Assembly: GCA_029717555.1 (NCBI GenBank)
Contig: JAMDHS010000021.1
Span: forward strand, 124,001 to 188,000
Direction of reading: 5' to 3'
DNA from: Peribolospora baueri
Lineage: Eukaryota
Length of the DNA: 64,000 bases
Of the stretch, positions 51,754 to 63,215 are shown piece by piece. Numbering within the stretch: the first letter of the stretch is position 1; each line of letters begins with the position of its first letter. The notes beneath the pieces were generated by a model, which was given only the letters and a program-made list of their open reading frames with translations, made no database searches and was not told where the DNA came from. The position numbers were made by a program, and so were the translations under genes.

Positions 51754-51953
51754 CCTCGACTTTAGAACGACGGAGCGGAACGAAGATGAGAGGAGAACAG
51801 GAGGATGGAGGAAGACAAAGAGGCGAGCCAGTGGTCGAAGTCGATCGCACGCGAGTTGCTGCGGCACCGAATTTGGACTTCGATCGAGAGCGCCTTGGCA
51901 GCCTGCAGCCGGCGACGACGACGTGGACGATAGCACGTCGCTCGCACACCACC

Positions 51954-52681
51954 ATGGCTTCAATTCCAGACGACACTCTTCGGAAGGCACGTTGGGCAAC
52001 CGTCTCAGTCCCAGTTCAAGCTTGTTGCTGAGCCCACTTGCTTACACTGTTCTCCATCTTCCGGTGAACAGGTGCTCCAACAACTCCAGCAGCAGGTGGT
52101 GTCGTCGCAGAAGCAGCTCGTAGGCGTGCGGGCGCAGATGCAGGCCAAGGAAAGGGATAGGCGGCTGACTCAGCTCACGTTGAAAGAGCTCGAGGGGATT
52201 CAGAAGGAAGATAAGGACGTAAAAGTGTACAAGGGTGTGGGCAAGATGTGAGTCTTCCGTTTGCGAGCAGCGCGCTTGTGTGCCTAGGGCATGCAAGGGC
52301 GCCTGTCTCAATTCTGACAGCGTTATTGCATTCTCACTGGATCATCTTCCATTCCGAATTTGCACAACTGCACTGTCTAGGTTCATGCAAGAACAGGCGC
52401 CCTCGATCGTGGCGGAGCTGGAGAAGAAGGAGAAGGAGCTCGCAGACGACTTGAACAACCTGCAAAAGAAGGCAAAGGTAAGGTTTTGGCCCACCAAGCT
52501 TTAATTTACCGTCCCGGTCCGTCAACATAAAATTACAGCGTGTCGTCGACAGTTGTCTTGCCCCCTACTGAACATGTGCTCGTCTCTGTTTCAGTACCTT
52601 GAAAAGGCATTCAACGAAGCCCAAGGCAACCTTCGCGACATCTTCCGTTCCGTCGAGATTCAGCAAGCACAGCGAGCATAA
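51954..52681 (+). CDS. PFD1: Prefoldin subunit 1 (beta-type)
   Basis: Four exons: MASIPDDTLRK/VLQQLQQQ...KERDRRLTQLTLKEL...VYKGVGKM/FM...KKAK/YLEKAFNEAQGNLRDIF; not recovered as one ORF in the supplied track. Confidence 0.9.
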
Positions 52682-53293
52682 GGCGTTGCGCGAAGCGTAG
52701 CGAGGACTAGGCAGCATAGGAAAGCGTCGGGAGCTCCGATCTTTTGGTCTCGCTTCGGGCATGCTCACAGGCGACCCATAAGGATGGCCGCTATGTACAT
52801 ATACCTTCGCCATCAAGAGATCATCAGGTTGCATGCGCGCGTCTTTGCCTCTTCCTTCCCTCATCCATCATCCGTTCCTTGTCGGTACTGCTGCTCCATC
52901 AGACACAAGCCGCTCAAGGGGAACCTTGTGGCAGGTCCCCAGTGCATAGGAGGACGACAGGCCCACTGCCTTCGTACCGAGTGTCAGGTCAATCAACAGG
53001 CGGCACTGAAAGCGGGCACATGAGCACATTCAGGACCGTGTCAGATTAGGGTTGCGGTTGGTTCCCACGACGGCGCGCCACCGCGGCTGCGGCCGATCTC
53101 CAGGCCGGGCTCAGGATGGCGGCGTCCATGACGACCGACCTTCGTCCGAGATCACTGGAGGCGGTAATCTCTTCCTTCTTCCACCTCCTTCTCCTCCTCA
53201 GATACCTTTGCTCTCCCAACCACCCCGCATTACGATTGTTCCTTTCCTTCTGCCTTTGGTTGCTCCGGTGATTGCAGCTGACCTTTGCGCAAT

Positions 53294-55812
53294 ATGTCTA
53301 AGAGCAATGTGATCGTGCTGTGAGTTGTTTTGACGTGTATGCGGGAACAGCGGAGATACAGTGCCTTTCGGGCACCGACTGACTTTGGCTGTTTCTCTGA
53401 CATCCTACGCGTTCGATCTGGACATGGACATGCAGCGACGTGAGCTGTCTCGTTTGTTGAAATTTCGTCTGCCGTACACCGGGTGGTCTGAACTGACCCT
53501 GTTCCTGTGCTGCTGTCCTGGGCCCTATCTCCGAACAGAATGGCACGGGCTACACGAGTGCGTGTTTTCTGCTTTCTATTGCTAAGTGCGACGATAACTC
53601 ATGTTGTACCCTTTGTTTCGCGCTCGATGGTTTGCCTCACTGCCGTGCCGCTCCGTAGAGATGGGGTGAGCCACGCTTTCCGTTCTCGTCCGAACCATTT
53701 GCGAGATGTTGCTGACCTTGGCGACGGTGAACGCCCCTTTCAGCTTTGCGGGTAACTCCGACCCCTCATTTGTGTTTCCCACCGCCATCGCCACGCGCGA
53801 TGCCTCCGGCGGCTCTTCCACCGTCCGTCCTGGCTCTCGTCCCTCCGTGCCCGGCAAGCCCTCCTCCATGTCCTCTAACCTCGCCTCTAAGCGCGGCATC
53901 GACGACCTCGACTTCTTCATTGGCCACGAGGCACACGCCAACTCTAAGACGTACACTGTCGATTACCCCATCCGGCACGGGCTGATTGAGAACTGGGACT
54001 TGATGGAGCGGTTCTGGGAGCAGTGCATCTTTAAGTACCTCAGGGCGGAGCCAGAAGACCACTATTTCCTGCTGGTGAGTTGGACGTGGCACACGGGTCA
54101 CAGGACGTAGCATGGAATAGGTACCGGGAGAGCTTCGATGCGCGGAGCCGATTGCGAAGGAGTAATCCCCTGCGATGCTTACACCCGTCTTCATCGCCTT
54201 TGGCCCACCCGGTTTCCCTCCAGACCGAACCGCCCCTGAACCCTCCGGAGAACCGAGAAAACACGGCAGAGATCATGTTTGAGTCGTTCAATATCGCCGG
54301 CCTGTACATCGCCGTCCAAGCTGTGCTCGCCCTCGCCGCGTCGTGGTCGAGCAGCAAGGTGGTGGATCGTACACTTACGGGCACAGTAATTGACTCTGGT
54401 GACGGCGTCACCCACGTAATTCCTGTTGTGAGTGGGACATCTATAGGACGTTGGATGGGGCATCAGTTGCTTTGAGCACCAAATGCCTGATCTCTCGACC
54501 TTTGCCGCTTGTCTCCCCTATCACCGATCCCGTCAGGCCGAGGGCTATGTGATCGGATCAGCGATCAAGCACATTCCCATCGCCGGCCGTGATATCACCT
54601 ACTTTGTTCAACAGCTGCTCCGCGAACGAGGCGAAGCGGCCAACATACCCCCGGAGGACTCGCGGAGGGTGGCGGAAAAGATCAAAGAGGATTACAGCTA
54701 CGTCTGTCAGGACATTGTCAAGGAGTTCCGCAAGTACGACGCCGATCCTTACAAGTACTTTGAGCGGTATGAGGGCGAGCATGCCGTCACGGGCCGGGTG
54801 AGTACGAGTGGACGTCCACGGTCGTGGTTTACCTGTGGCATCTGCTGAAACTCCTATACTTTCCCTGCCCGCCGATGCGCAGAAATACACCGTAGACGTC
54901 GGCTACGAGCGTTTCCTCGCGCCAGAGATCTTCTTCAACCCGGAGATTGCCTCGTCGGACTTTTTGACGCCTTTGCCCGAGGTCGTCGACGGTGTGATTC
55001 AGAACTCGCCTATCGACGTTCGAAGAGGACTTTACAAGGTCAGTGTGCGGAGAGGGATGGTGGTGACGGCGCAGGAGGCGTCGCGGAGGCTTCTCGCTCA
55101 CGCGTGAATTTCTGGCTGCCTTTTCCAAACCAAAACGATCTACTTCGTACAGAACATTGTCCTCTCTGGTGGTTCGACGATGTTCACCCATTTCGGACAG
55201 CGGCTGAAGAAGGACCTGAAGGAGATTGTCGACAACCGGCTGGTCGCTAGCGAGGTGGCCAGCGGGGGCGGCATGAAGGTCGGTTGATGCGTTGCGTTTG
55301 CGTCGATGCGATCGACCGGGTTGCGCTGAGTGTGGTGATTTCTTACTCGCTCACAGAGCTCTGGTATCGAAGTCAACGTGATCTCCCACAAGAAGACGCG
55401 GTACGCTGTCTGGTTCGGAGGATCGCTGTTGGGAAGCTTGGTGAGTCTTTGTCTGGTGCCTCCCCTTTTTCGTTGGTCGAACCGGTTTGAAGTGGGCATA
55501 GACGGGTGGATGAATTGGTGGAAAGGACTCGGACTGATTTTGCTTTTTTCGCTTTTCTTCCGCGTTCGGCGACGCACGAACAATAGCCCGAGTTCTACAA
55601 CTTTTGCTACAGCAAGGCGGACTATGAAGAGGTGAGTTGGCGAGCGGGGAGACGGAAAGGGCCGGAATGGAGGGGCCCCGCTGGACCACATGGCTCACTC
55701 GTTCACTCACCCGGCCACCGGCGCGGTATCTCTATCTGTGTCTGTGTCTTTGTCTCTGCGATAGCACGGTCCGTCCATCTGCCGTCGTTACTCCATCTTC
55801 GGAGCCGTCTGA
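53294..55812 (+). CDS. ARP3: Actin-related protein 3 (Arp2/3 complex)
   Basis: [95 protein letters not shown]. Confidence 0.97.
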
Positions 55813-56803
55813 GCCTTGTATTCCCCCAGTAGACCCTATTCTAAATTCGGTTGACTGCGACGAGATGTCGTTTCCGTGTGAACGCGGGGACGCCCCCTTG
55901 TTTTTTTCTCGTATGACGTGAAGCGCCACTAAAGGCTGATATGATAGCGCCCGACGTCCGGCGCGGTCCGGAAGCGGGGCGGGAGGAAGGAAGGGAGATG
56001 TGGGTGCGAGTATGGAAGGGGACGAAGGTTGGACGTCTAGGGCGAAGAAGAGCGTGAAGGTCGATGTGCGACGACGTGGTCGACGCGACGCCGTTCCTCG
56101 CACAAACACACACACACACACCGTCTCTTTCTTTTCAGAAAGACAGACAACACCTTGCTGGCAAAAGCGACGAAACGAGAAAGGGTGCGCTGCTGTTGCT
56201 TTGCTGGCAATCTCCCTCCCTCCCTACCTCCCTTGAGCTCTGTCTGAGCTGGCCGAAGAAGGATGCTCTCGCTCCATATGCGTATATCCGGGCCGTGTAC
56301 ACGTACCCGTACCCGTACCCAGTAGCTACGACCGTGTTTGCTTCCTCCCCTCCGCCGTCCGTCGACGCTGTGATAGCCTTGCTCGCCCCTCTCGTTCGCT
56401 CTCTCTCCCCGCATCCATCCCCGCGCTCAACCCAACCCCACCCGATGATCCGTTCGTTCGTTCGTTCGTTCCCCCCCATCCCATCCCCGCATCGGGTACG
56501 CCCGCGGGAGGGAAGAAGGACGAGCGAGGGGCGAGGGCGGGTGGACCTGGACCTGGGGCCGTCGAGTAACAGCTCGTTCCGTCGACGGACACGGACACGG
56601 AGACGGACGGAAGGAATGCCCGGCCCGTGGTCGTCGTCGTGGTCGAAGCGTGGACTGGACGTCGTTCGTATCATCGTGTGATTGGAGAGCGGAGGGTGGT
56701 TAGCCGTTGCCGTTGCGGAAGAATCTCAACCCCGCGTCTCGGATGCTCTCTCTGGTGCGGGGTTAGTGTGCGGGGCGATGAACCACAGAGCAAGCAGCAG
56801 GCG

Positions 56804-56835
<32 letters not shown>

Positions 56836-57160
56836 AGCGACAATGACAACAACGACAACGACAACGACACCCTTCTTAATCGCTCCCCGCCTCCCCGTCG
56901 GGCGCTTTCGGATAGATGTGGGCCTCCATCGCACCCACCGGGTGAATGCCAACGGCGCTCTCCGCGGCCAGTTCGTATCCCACGGAGGAATGACGTCCTC
57001 CACAGCCTCTCCGTCCCTCCCCGATTTCTCTTTCCCGCAACCGAAATAGGAACCCGGACAGCCATCCGGCCGGCCACACAGAGACGACACCGTCGAAGAC
57101 GAGCGACGTCGCGTCGTCGTCTGGCATGCAGTCGTCGATCGGCTCGACGACGTCTGTGAA

Positions 57161-57220
57161 ACATATAAGAACCCCTGCCAAACTGGACGGAGGGAGGGCA
57201 GTCCACTCGCTCGCATATAA
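57161..57220 (+). promoter_or_regulatory. Two TATA-like elements upstream of the alcohol dehydrogenase gene
   Basis: CATATAAG at ~57162 and CATATAAC at ~57214, followed by a CT-rich stretch, 100-160 bp upstream of the ATG. Confidence 0.45.
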
Positions 57221-57319
57221 CCTCCTCCTCGTCGTCTCTCATCCTAGCTTCGCTTCCAACCCAACCTCGGCCGCCTCCACTTCCATCGCTCCGAAGAACA
57301 CCAACGCGTATCAGCAGAA

Positions 57320-58925
57320 ATGGCCGCCGCTCAGGAGAAGATTCTCACCGTCCCCAAGGACCACAACGCCGCCATCTTTGACAAGCCGGTGAGCGACCGC
57401 CGTTTTGCCGATGCTTTCTGCTTCTCGTCGCATCGACCCGCTCACGCTCCTCCTCCACATCCAATCGAATTCCATCCCATCCCATCACAGGGCGGTCCCG
57501 TCTCCGTGCGCACCGTGCCCGTCGTCCAGCAGAAGGACCTCAAGGTCGGCGAGGCGCTCGTCAAGGTCCTCTACACCGGCGTGTGCCACACCGACCTCCA
57601 CGCCATGCTGTGCGTCGCCGTCGTGTCGTCCTAGTCGTGTCACGTCATTCGCTCCCATTCACCTGCCCTCTTTCCTCCGTTCACAGCGGCGACTGGCCCC
57701 TGCCGACCAAGCTCCCTCTCGTCGGCGGCCACGAAGGCGCCGGCGTGATCGTGGCCATCAACGACAACACGCCCACGCACCTCAAGATCGGCGACCGCGT
57801 GGGCATCAAGTGGCTCGCTGACTCTTGTCTGCATTGCGAGTTTTGTCGCAAGGGCTTCGAGCCCGTGTGTCCCGAGGCGAAGAACTCGGGCTATACCGTC
57901 GACGGCTCGTTCCGTGAGTGTTCATCGTTGGACCGGACGCGCTTTCTTCTTCGCACTCCACTCATTCCATCCGGCCCTTCCTTCCCCACAGAGCAATTCG
58001 CCGTCTCTTACACGGACCACCTCACCCTCATCCCGGACAACGTGCCCCTCCAGGAGGCCGCACCGGTCCTCTGCGCCGGCGTGACCGTCTACAAGGCCAT
58101 CAAGGAGACCAAGGCCACGCCGGGAGACTGGATCGTCATTCCCGGAGCCGGAGGCGGCTTGGGCCACCTGGCCGTCCAGTACGCGCGCTACGTCGGTCTG
58201 CGAGTCATCGCCGTCGACACGGGCGCCGAAAAGAAAAAACTCACCGAGGAGCTTGGCGCGGAGGCGTGGATCGACTTTAAGGAGACTAAGGATATTGTCA
58301 GCGAGGTTAAAAAGATCGCGGATGGCCTTGGATCCCACTGCGCACTCGTCGCCGCTGCCAGCCCCGGAGCATACGAGCAGGCGCTCGAATACCTCAGGCC
58401 GTTTGGCACGCTCGTCGCCGTCGGCTTGGGCGCCGGCGCGGAGGTCAAAGCGTGAGTCGGACGAGGAGGAGAGTCGGACGGTTAGTCCGGTCACTCGCGC
58501 TCAACCTTTCCATGCCCCTGCCTTTCCGTTTCGACAGCAACGTCTTCTGGACCGTTTTGAGAGGTGTGTTCCCCCTTTTGTCCGCCCCCTCCTCTCGCCG
58601 CCGCTCGCCGCTCACCTGATCTTCTCCCCCGTTGCTTTTACTCTCCCCGCCGCGACCGACCCAAAGGCATTCGCGTCGTCGGCAGCATTGTCGGAAACCG
58701 CCAGGACGCGGTCGAGGCGCTCGACATTGTCTCCAGGGGACACGTCAAGACGTTCTACAAGGTCCTTCCCATGTCCCAGCTGCCCCAGGTCTTTGAGGTC
58801 AGTTCGGCCGTTTTGCTGAGCGCTTAGCCTGGCGCCGGACTGAACCGACTTGCCTCCCTTCCTTCCTCTAGGACATGCACCAAGGAAAGCTCGTCGGCCG
58901 TATCGTCCTGGACAACTGGAAGTGA
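57320..58925 (+). CDS. ADH1: Zinc-dependent alcohol dehydrogenase (MDR family, Adh1-like)
   Basis: GVCHTDLHA, GHEGAG, structural Zn CLHCEFCRKGFEPVC, APVLCAGVTVYKA, GAGGGLGHLAVQYA, GSIVGNRQD, GRIVLD. Confidence 0.93.
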
Positions 58926-60171
58926 TACTCTCCTTTCCTTATTTTCTTTGTTTAGCACGTAGTTAGTTACGCGGGTGACAAATCGAACTTGGAATTTCGG
59001 AAGCCGTTCGACTCGTGTGTGTGTGATCCTACGCTCGTGCGAGGCTCCGCCGACTTGGACCGTTGATGACCACGTCCGTCTCCGATGGGTCTAGCCGTTC
59101 GCGACCATCCGACGAAGCATCTTACTCCCCGCATCTGGCCCCGCTCAGTTAAGAACAAGCACCTTATTAGCGACCTCCCCACAAAATTCCTCTCCCTCGA
59201 TTACCACCCTCCCTGCCGGTTGTGTCGTCTCCCCATGCATGCTGACGCCGGAGCGAGGGGGGCCGGTGGGTGTCACGAAAAATGTCGAGTACTAGAGGGG
59301 TCCGATGGGGAGAGGTGAAGGTTGAGCAACGCAGCGGGGATTGCTTCCAGGGGGATGGATGTGCGTTGCGCCCTCCATCGCCTGCGACGAAATGAACCCC
59401 TCCGCCGCCGCTGCCGGCAGCGTCATCTAGAGAGGAAACCGACCACCATTCGCAGCAGCATCGTCCGCTTGGCCCTCGAGAGCAAGAATCCACCGGCGTT
59501 CCGCAGGCTCGGCCCAGAGAAAAAGCCCCACCAGTGCCCCTCCGCCACCTGTAGCTCCCCCCGCGTCTTTCTTTCTCTTTATCCACTTGCTTGCCCCCTC
59601 CCCGTCTTTTTCTCCCGGTTATACACGTCCTCTCCAGCCTGAATACGCGCCGAGCGTATGGCCCAAAAGCGTCGGTAATCTCTCTGTCGCAGCTGGGATG
59701 GAGTGAGCTCTTGATCTTTCTCCTTCCGCTGTTCTTCTCTTGTAGAGGTCGAATCAAATTGTAGAGGTCGGATTGATTCAACGCCTGCCGGGCGGGCGCG
59801 GCGCGGCGGCGAAGTGACTGACTGGGCGGCAACATGGTGCACACCGCGATCATGCTGTGGTTTAGTTGCCTTCTTTCGAGCCAAACTCCTCACGAGTAGA
59901 GTCTTGTCAAGTCCCCCCCCATCTTACTCACCTTGGGTCTCGTGAGAGGTAGAAGGCGTCGATGACGAGGACGAGGACCGACCGACCGACGGCGTCATCA
60001 CCGGCCGACCCTTCTCCGTCCACGTGGCGAGCCCGGCGCCGATCACGCCAGTCCGTCTTCTTTCTTTCCTCCACCTCGACTCGACTTTCTTTCCGACATC
60101 GACACCGTCTTCAGTCGTCCCGCGTCCCCTCCCCTCCGAACCGAACCGAAACTTTCCCCGTTCGAGACGCC

Positions 60172-61317
60172 ATGGCTTCGTTCTTGAGGACCGCTTCGAG
60201 GTCTATCGTGAGTGTCCTCGGCGAGCGTCCTAGGACCGACCCGGATCAGGTGGCGTGTATGAATGTGATCGTTCCTTTACACCACCCTTCTTTCCTTTCC
60301 CTTTCCCCTCGACACAAACACATTTTTTTATACAGCTCATCCCCACCGCCACCGCCGCGGCGCCCAGAAGCTCCTCCCTACCCCTACCCCGCCCCCTCCT
60401 CCACTCGTTCGCGCGGCAGCCCTCGGCGTTTGCTGCTTTGCAGAGGAGGTGGCTGAGTGATGATGCGAGGAAGAAGATTGAGCAGGTGAGAAGTCCGAGC
60501 CCCGTTCTGTCTTTTCATTTTGCCGTGTCACAAGGACGGTTCTTGCTTCGGTGGCCGTCGTCGTCGTCGGTTTTGCCATCCTATCCTCCTCCGTGCTTGC
60601 CCGATGCATGAAACGCTCACAACCAGCGCGTCCATTCCATCAGGCCGTCAAGTCCGACCCCGTGGTCGTCTTCATGAAGGGCACCCCATCCCTCCCTCAG
60701 TGCGGCTTCTCCCGCGCTGTGTGCCAGATCTTGGAGGTGCAGGGCGTGGAACCGTCGAAGATGAAGTGAGTGGAGGCACACTGAGCGTGGGTGGGCGTGT
60801 GCCGTCGAGTCGAGGCTGACGTGACGGACATTGGCACACGCCGTCAACGCCGGCGGACTATCAGGACGTACAATTGCCTGGAGGATCAGGAACTTCGCCA
60901 GGACATCAAGGACTTTTCGTGAGTAGGAGAAGTCGTCGCTCTCTACCATAACATATCCGTGACGAACGAGCTCGACCTCAACGCCGGGCCCTCCCATCGC
61001 TTCGTCCTTCTGGCCACCGCTCGCCACAGCTCATGGCCTACGATCCCCCAGGTCTACATCAACGGAGAGTTTGTCGGCGGCTGCGACATTATGCTTTCCA
61101 GTGAGCAGCCGTGTCCTTTGCCTTTCTCTTCTTGCGGCGTGCCACTCGCCGGTTGACTCGGATCGCTCACATCCATCCCGTGTCCATGTCGCGTCTCTTC
61201 CCCCCACCTAACCTCTCCGCAGTGCACCAGTCCGGCGAGCTGGAAAAGCTCCTGGAAAAGGAGGGCATCGTGCCGCCAGTGTCCCAGGAGGCCTCTTCCG
61301 GTCCCGCCTCCACCTAA
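60172..61317 (+). CDS. GRX5: Mitochondrial monothiol glutaredoxin
   Basis: Arg/Ser-rich presequence, [45 protein letters not shown]. Confidence 0.95.
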
Positions 61318-61545
61318 CTTATCCGGCGTGCTCCTGACGTCTTTTGCCTGCCTTGCGATGCGGTGCGCCGTAGTGTGCCTTGGATAGTTGGCGTCGTGCG
61401 CTGCATACAATACATGGAATTGAGAAGAAGAGGAAGGGAGCTCGAACGAACGGTTCGGTTCGGTTCGATAGGAGAGACTGGTGCACTGGGATCGCGGGTC
61501 CTTCACGCCGGTTCAAACGCACTGCCGCGCGACGGACGAGATGCC

Positions 61546-61598
61546 TTCGTTTCGTTTCGTTTCGTTTCGTTTCGTTTCGTTTCTTTTTTTTTTTTTTT
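61546..61598. repeat. (TTCGT)7 microsatellite followed by a poly-T run between convergent GRX5 and ZIM17
   Basis: Seven exact pentamers then about 15 T. Confidence 0.9.
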
Positions 61599-61887
61599 CC
61601 CACAACGCAAGACCGCTTTACCGCCCGTCCGTCTGTCGGTATCTGGGCAACCGAGGGGAGGAAAGTGAACAGAGGGGGGCGCCTCGAGATCCGTCCCGTC
61701 CGTCTCGCATCAGATGCATGCGCTCTTCGTAAACCGCCACCTCTCCCGGCCTGCGAAAAAAAAGCAGGCGAGCTTGACAAGGGAATAAAAAAGTTGTTCG
61801 TTCATGAACCCTGGTCGTATGCGCGATGGCAGACAGAGCAAAGCGAGTTCAGACTTGTTCACGATCTATTCGTACAGTCGACGTCGA

Positions 61888-62597
61888 TCACTCCGGATCG
61901 TACTCAATCGTCCCTCCCTTGCCGAGCTTGCCCCGTCGGACCCTCTCCCCCTTGGCCTCGACGAGCTGCTCGACGGTGCGAGGCTCGTGGGAGTCTTTGA
62001 ACCAGCCTAGGTGGTCTGCGATTAGGTGGCTGGCGGGCGGAAACGGAGGAAGGATTGGGAATCGGCAAGAGAATAGGAACGGTCAGACGCCGACGTCCCT
62101 CCACCACCCATTCATTCATTCGATCGGCTTGCTCACCGGTTCTTACACCCGGGACACTGGATGATCACGATCCCCATCTCGTAGCTCTTCTTCGCAAACT
62201 CGTGCGTGCTCCTGTGGCCGCACTTGTCCACCGAGCACGTGAATGTCAGCTGCAGGCGTGGTTGGTCTTGGGAGACCGGTTCGGCGGACGCCGCCGCATG
62301 TGCGCCAGAGACGGCGGCGTCCGATGGTGAGGCGCCCGCCTGTGCCTGCGAACCGCCGCCGCCGGCGCTGCTCGAGGAGTAACTCCTCGTGCCTTCCGCA
62401 GCGTCCGGGGAAGGAGAGGTGGCAGAAGCAGCGCCGGCGGCGATTCTGTAAGAAGACAGGCCGTGGGGAAGAGGCGCGAGACGAGCTTCTGGGAAGCGCC
62501 GCCGGGCGACGGACGGGCGTGAGCGGAGGGCGGCGCGGGTGCCGAGGTCGAGATGGCGGGCGAGGCGGGGCGCGAGAAAGGGAAAACGGAGGGACAT
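61888..62597 (-). CDS. ZIM17: Mitochondrial Hsp70 escort protein, DNL zinc finger (Zim17/Hep1/Tim15)
   Basis: Presequence MSLRFPFLAPRLARH, RLQLTFTCSVDKCGHRS, GIVIIQCPGCKNR/HLIADHLGWF; one intron. Confidence 0.93.
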
Positions 62598-63215
62598 GGT
62601 GGGCAATGAGGGCGACGAGGAGGAAGAGAGACGAAGTGGCGGACCTGGCCTGCCTTTCGTCGCTGCCTCACCGTCTGTCTGTCTTCTTTCTTGTCGTCGA
62701 TCACGGCCGCCGATCGAAAACGCTGACTGGCGGGCGGCGAAGCGCGGCGAGAGGCGGCGGTAAGATAGCGCGTGCTGCGGCAGGCCGAGGCTGGAGGTGT
62801 GGCCGGGGAGGTCGTCTCGAGCTTCTCTCGTCGTCGTCGTGTCGTTCTTCTCGTTCGTTCGTTCGTCCACCGCCGACAGTCGCGCCTCGATTCGCCTCTC
62901 CTTCTCTCCCTCTCCCTTTCTCTCTCCTTCTTCTTCCTTCTTCGCCCCGCCCACCAGCACGTCCATCGTCCCCGTCGCGCACGGACGCCCCAGTGTGGCC
63001 CGCCCACTTGGCCTCGCAGCCGCCGCCGTCCTCCGTCCCATGCGAAGACGACGACCACAGGCCTCGTTCGACCGCGACCAGCTTGGACGGGGACAGTGCA
63101 CTGCTACGAGCGTTGATTGACTTCTTCATCCATCCTTCCCCTCTTGGCCTCACCACCGTCCCCTCCTTTCCTTCCCACCCTCTCTTCCCTCCTTTCTCTC
63201 TCATTCGCCTTCACC

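Noticed and set aside
51954..55812. Prefoldin 1 next to ARP3 as a functional cluster
   Set aside because: Plausible pathway link (actin-fold chaperoning) but no shared promoter or other sequence evidence; tandem adjacency is unremarkable
55813..57319. Hidden gene in the long ARP3-ADH intergenic region (ORFs 56064-56681, 56627-57049, 56671-57216)
   Set aside because: ORFs arise from simple repeats (CGA, ACA, GTTC) and show no protein-like content or coherent splice pattern
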